Source: Gemmatimonadota bacterium (GTDB taxonomy: Bacteria > Gemmatimonadota > Gemmatimonadetes > Palauibacterales > Palauibacteraceae). Taken from it: a DNA stretch of 64,000 bases. The notes below the pieces were generated by a model, which was given only the letters and a program-made list of their open reading frames with translations, had not been told where the DNA came from and did no database searches. The position numbers were made by a program, and so were the translations under genes. The stretch is from assembly GCA_039584815.1 (NCBI GenBank), contig JBDGXC010000017.1, forward strand, positions 285-64,284, in the 5' to 3' direction. Shown here in pieces: positions 61,541 through 64,000 of this stretch (position 1 is its first letter; each line of letters starts with the position of its first letter).

Positions 61541-62769
61541 ACACGCGGAGTGCCGTGCTCGTCTACGATCGCATCGACTCCAATCGGCGCGACACGATCC
61601 TGCTTCTCGGCGCCTTCTGCCTGATCCTGTTGCCGGCGGCCTTCTACGTGAACGAGTTGCTGACAGCCTATTACGCTTTCGGGCGGCTGTTCGCGGGTGC
61701 GGCCGAAGCCGATCCGGAGCGGATCGTCAGGCACGGCAGGTTTACCGGGCTCGGGATCATGCTGGGCGTGGTCCTGGTGGCCGCATGGCGCGAGTACAGG
61801 TCCGGGGCGCGGCGGGCCCTTCGGGCAGCCGGGGCGAAGCCGCTGCCCCCCGACGCCGAGCCCGAGCTGCACCAGGTAGTGGAGGGCCTGTGCATCGCCT
61901 CGAGTCTTCCGGCGCCGGCGCTGTATAGAATCGATTCGGATGCCGCCAACGTGTTCTCGGTCGGTCTCGACCCGGACCGGGCCTCGATCGCGGTCAGCGC
62001 GGCGACGCTGGGACTGCTCGACCGGCCGGAGCTCGAGGGCGTCGTGGCATACGAGCTGGCCCAGATCGGGAATCACGACACCAGGCTCACGACAGTCGTT
62101 GCCGCCATCGTGGCGAGCCTGTGGCTGCCGCTGCGGATCTTTCGACGACTGTTCGGGATCGTCTACGGAATCCATCCGCTGGTCGGCGTGGGGTGCGCCG
62201 TCTGGTTCCTCGGTCCGCTCGTGCTGGCGGTGCCGTTGGGCATCGGCCTGGTCCTCAGCATGATCCCGGAGGACCCGGCGGGCGCACTCGCCCTCGGGTT
62301 GCTGTTCCTGCTTCCTCTGTTCGGTTTTGTGGTTGCTCCGCTCGCCGGCCTGCTCATCCGTTCCTCCGTCGCAGCCGAACAGATTCTGCTGGCCGACTCC
62401 GATGCGGTGCTCATGGCCGGCAATCCAGCCGCACTGGCCCGCGCCCTCGCCAAGATGAGCGCGGCGGGACCGGATCTGCCGGTCGACCCGGCGCTGGCTC
62501 CCATGATGTTTCTCGACCCCCGTGGTGAGACCTCGAGGCCGTGGTCCGCCTTCATGCGGGCGCATCCCCGAGTCGACGAGCGCATCGAGGTTCTGGCCGG
62601 TATGGACACCGGCATCACGAAGGGCATGCTCGACTCGGCGCGTCGGGAGGGAGAGGGCTTTCGGCATCGAGCCCGATTCGCGCCGACGGAGGTCTCACCG
62701 CACGTGCCGCCGGATATCGACAGAACGGCAGACGGACCGTACGTTCCGTCCCCGCCCTCGGGCCCGTAG
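61537..62769 (+). CDS. HtpX-like M48 family membrane protein lacking the HExxH zinc motif
   Basis: TTGA overlap with lemA; I.SNRR.T, L...VE.LCIA..LP.P, L.R.ELEGVVAYELAQI.N.D, LA.AL.K and HP..DERI. Confidence 0.8.
   Translation: MNTRSAVLVYDRIDSNRRDTILLLGAFCLILLPAAFYVNELLTAYYAFGRLFAGAAEADPERIVRHGRFTGLGIMLGVVLVAAWREYRSGARRALRAAGAKPLPPDAEPELHQVVEGLCIASSLPAPALYRIDSDAANVFSVGLDPDRASIAVSAATLGLLDRPELEGVVAYELAQIGNHDTRLTTVVAAIVASLWLPLRIFRRLFGIVYGIHPLVGVGCAVWFLGPLVLAVPLGIGLVLSMIPEDPAGALALGLLFLLPLFGFVVAPLAGLLIRSSVAAEQILLADSDAVLMAGNPAALARALAKMSAAGPDLPVDPALAPMMFLDPRGETSRPWSAFMRAHPRVDERIEVLAGMDTGITKGMLDSARREGEGFRHRARFAPTEVSPHVPPDIDRTADGPYVPSPPSGP
62717..62745 (+). promoter_or_regulatory. Putative sigma70 promoter of the tRNA, inside the htpX-like CDS
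   Basis: TCGACA-17 bp-TACGTT followed by a GC-rich discriminator, 14 bp before the tRNA. Confidence 0.6.
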
Positions 62770-62833
62770 CTCAGCTGGTTAGAGCAGGGGACTCATAATC
62801 CCAAGGTCGCAGGTTCGAGTCCTGCCGGGCCCA
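62760..62833 (+). tRNA. tRNA with CAT anticodon, most likely tRNA-Ile2 (lysidine) rather than Met; CCA not encoded
   Basis: Cloverleaf: acceptor GGGCCCG/CGGGCCC, D-arm GCTC/GAGC, loop CTCATAA, T-arm GCAGG-TTCGAGT-CCTGC. G1:C72 pair excludes initiator; C4:G69 and C5:G68 are Ile2-like. Confidence 0.9.
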
Positions 62834-62906
62834 TTTTGAAAAGGCGAAGTAACAGATAAAGTTACCGCCTCGCCAGTCCCACTGTCGTACGTCCGGTCTC
62901 CCGACT

Positions 62907-62928
62907 GGGTCACTTTCGGGGTCACTTT
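62907..62928 (+). repeat. Direct repeat GGGTCACTTT x2 (candidate integrase arm-type sites)
   Basis: Identical 10-mers at 62907 and 62919, between the tRNA 3' end and the integrase 3' end. Confidence 0.55.
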
Positions 62929-62942
62929 TTTCCCAAGAGAGA

Positions 62943-63382
62943 TCACGGCCTCATCCGGAGCTTGCGGCCTTCGAGTACGACCGCCTCCAGCGTGTCCGGA
63001 TCGGCTGCTGGTAGCATCGCTGAAGCGTCTGTGTGTCCTTCCATCCACCAGCGGCGGCAACGTCCGTCAGGCTGAGATGCTTCCGCTTTGAGGCCCACAT
63101 TCGACGGAACGAGTGCCAGCCAAAGCCCTTCTGATGCTGTACCTCCGCAAGCACCTCTGCCTTGCGAAGCCATTTCCGGGTTACGTCAACGCGCACGGGA
63201 CCGTCGCTGTGCGGAGCCGGGAACATGTAGGCGTCACCGACGCCGGGCCGCTCACGGCGGAGACTGATGATCGCATCCCGTACTTCGGGAGCTACGGGCG
63301 CCCTCCATTCCTTGCCAAGCTTGTCCGAGTCGGCACGCCACCGAAGAACACCGTACGTGGCCTCGTCGGCGAACCAATCCGA
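62943..63382 (-). pseudogene. Tyrosine recombinase/integrase C-terminal remnant, truncated and frameshifted
   Basis: WRADSDK, YMFPAP, GWHSFRR, AAAGGW and RCYQQ; continuation DPDTLEAVV is in another frame near 63003; no N-terminal half or first catalytic Arg visible. Confidence 0.8.
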
Positions 63383-63703
63383 GGGGCCGCCCGCTCCCAA
63401 GGCGATCCGGCCCGCTCGAACCTGGCTCAGGCGACCCGCACTTCAGGGGCCAGGTTCGGTCCTGAGGGTTGCCGTCGGACTAACTTAACTTGTGGTACCA
63501 CTCTTGGGGGCAGGTCACTCCCGCGTTTCCGAGGCGCGAAGATACGTGAGTGCGCGGTGGAAGGCTACCACCTGTCAGTACCTTGGTGCAGTTGACAGGA
63601 AGTGGCGTTCTAGCGTCTGTGGACCACGGCTACACGGGCTCTCGTTGGCTGCGCAAGAGGGTTCGGCAATCGAACAGGAGACGGGCATCCCTGAAAGGAA
63701 GCC

Positions 63704-64000
63704 ATGAGGACCAGCTACCCTGCACTCGCCGCAACCGCGGTGCTCGCCTGCGCCCTCGCGGGACCGGCTGCCGCGCAGACCACTTCCCCATATCTCCCTG
63801 CGGGGTCCATCAGCGGACTCCCTCTGGTCCAGCCCAACGACAATGAGGTCTCGGCGGGTACGCTGCACGGCGGCGTGCTTGACCTCGCGTTGGAGGTGCT
63901 GCGGGCGGACTGGCGAGTGGAAACACCGAATGGCCCTGGCCTTCGCGTGGCCGCTGTGGCGGAGGAGGGCGGGGCTCCCACGATTCCAGCTCCACTGATT
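63704..64000 (+). CDS. Secreted multicopper-oxidase-like protein, N-terminal part (runs off window)
   Basis: AAAGGA SD; signal peptide ending AAAQ; PNDN...AGTL..GVL.L.LE....W..E...GPG......EEG..P.IPAPLI leading into a cupredoxin-type domain. Copper motifs not visible in window. Confidence 0.6.
   Translation, partial: MRTSYPALAATAVLACALAGPAAAQTTSPYLPAGSISGLPLVQPNDNEVSAGTLHGGVLDLALEVLRADWRVETPNGPGLRVAAVAEEGGAPTIPAPLI

Noticed and set aside
62760-62833. Initiator tRNA-fMet
   Set aside because: It has a G1:C72 pair and lacks the three consecutive G:C pairs closing the anticodon loop (the last pair is A:T).

Overview
GC-rich bacterial chromosomal window. Gene content suggests a Gram-negative organism, possibly Gemmatimonadota; this is an inference from gene types. 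Most of it is housekeeping or envelope DNA: a TonB-dependent receptor, an ALDH7-type dehydrogenase, a TetR-TolC-MFP-RND efflux operon, gltX-tadA, pyrR-pyrB-pyrC, rpsT, scpA-scpB-rluB, a MoxR-DUF58-VWA (Bat-like) operon, pcm, selD-upp, trkA-trkH and lemA-htpX. It ends with a CAT-anticodon tRNA (probably Ile2), a decayed tyrosine-integrase remnant and the start of a multicopper-oxidase-like gene, which looks like a genomic island border. Most notable observations: (1) a solitary, full-length phage terminase large subunit homolog (2913-4412) with no phage neighbours, substitutions at most conserved catalytic positions, and a sigma54-type promoter motif, making it a candidate domesticated pseudo-terminase; (2) a SoxA/TsdA-like cytochrome c lipoprotein with NPCAA Cys repeats whose C-terminal six-repeat array lies in the +1 frame; (3) a selenocysteine-containing SelD (in-frame UGA plus SECIS-like hairpin) missed by the ORF track; (4) an HtpX-like protein lacking its zinc ligands, whose last codons contain the tRNA promoter and whose stop codon lies inside the tRNA. 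No CRISPR array, rRNA or intact prophage was seen. All product calls come from motif recognition by eye; no database searches were run.
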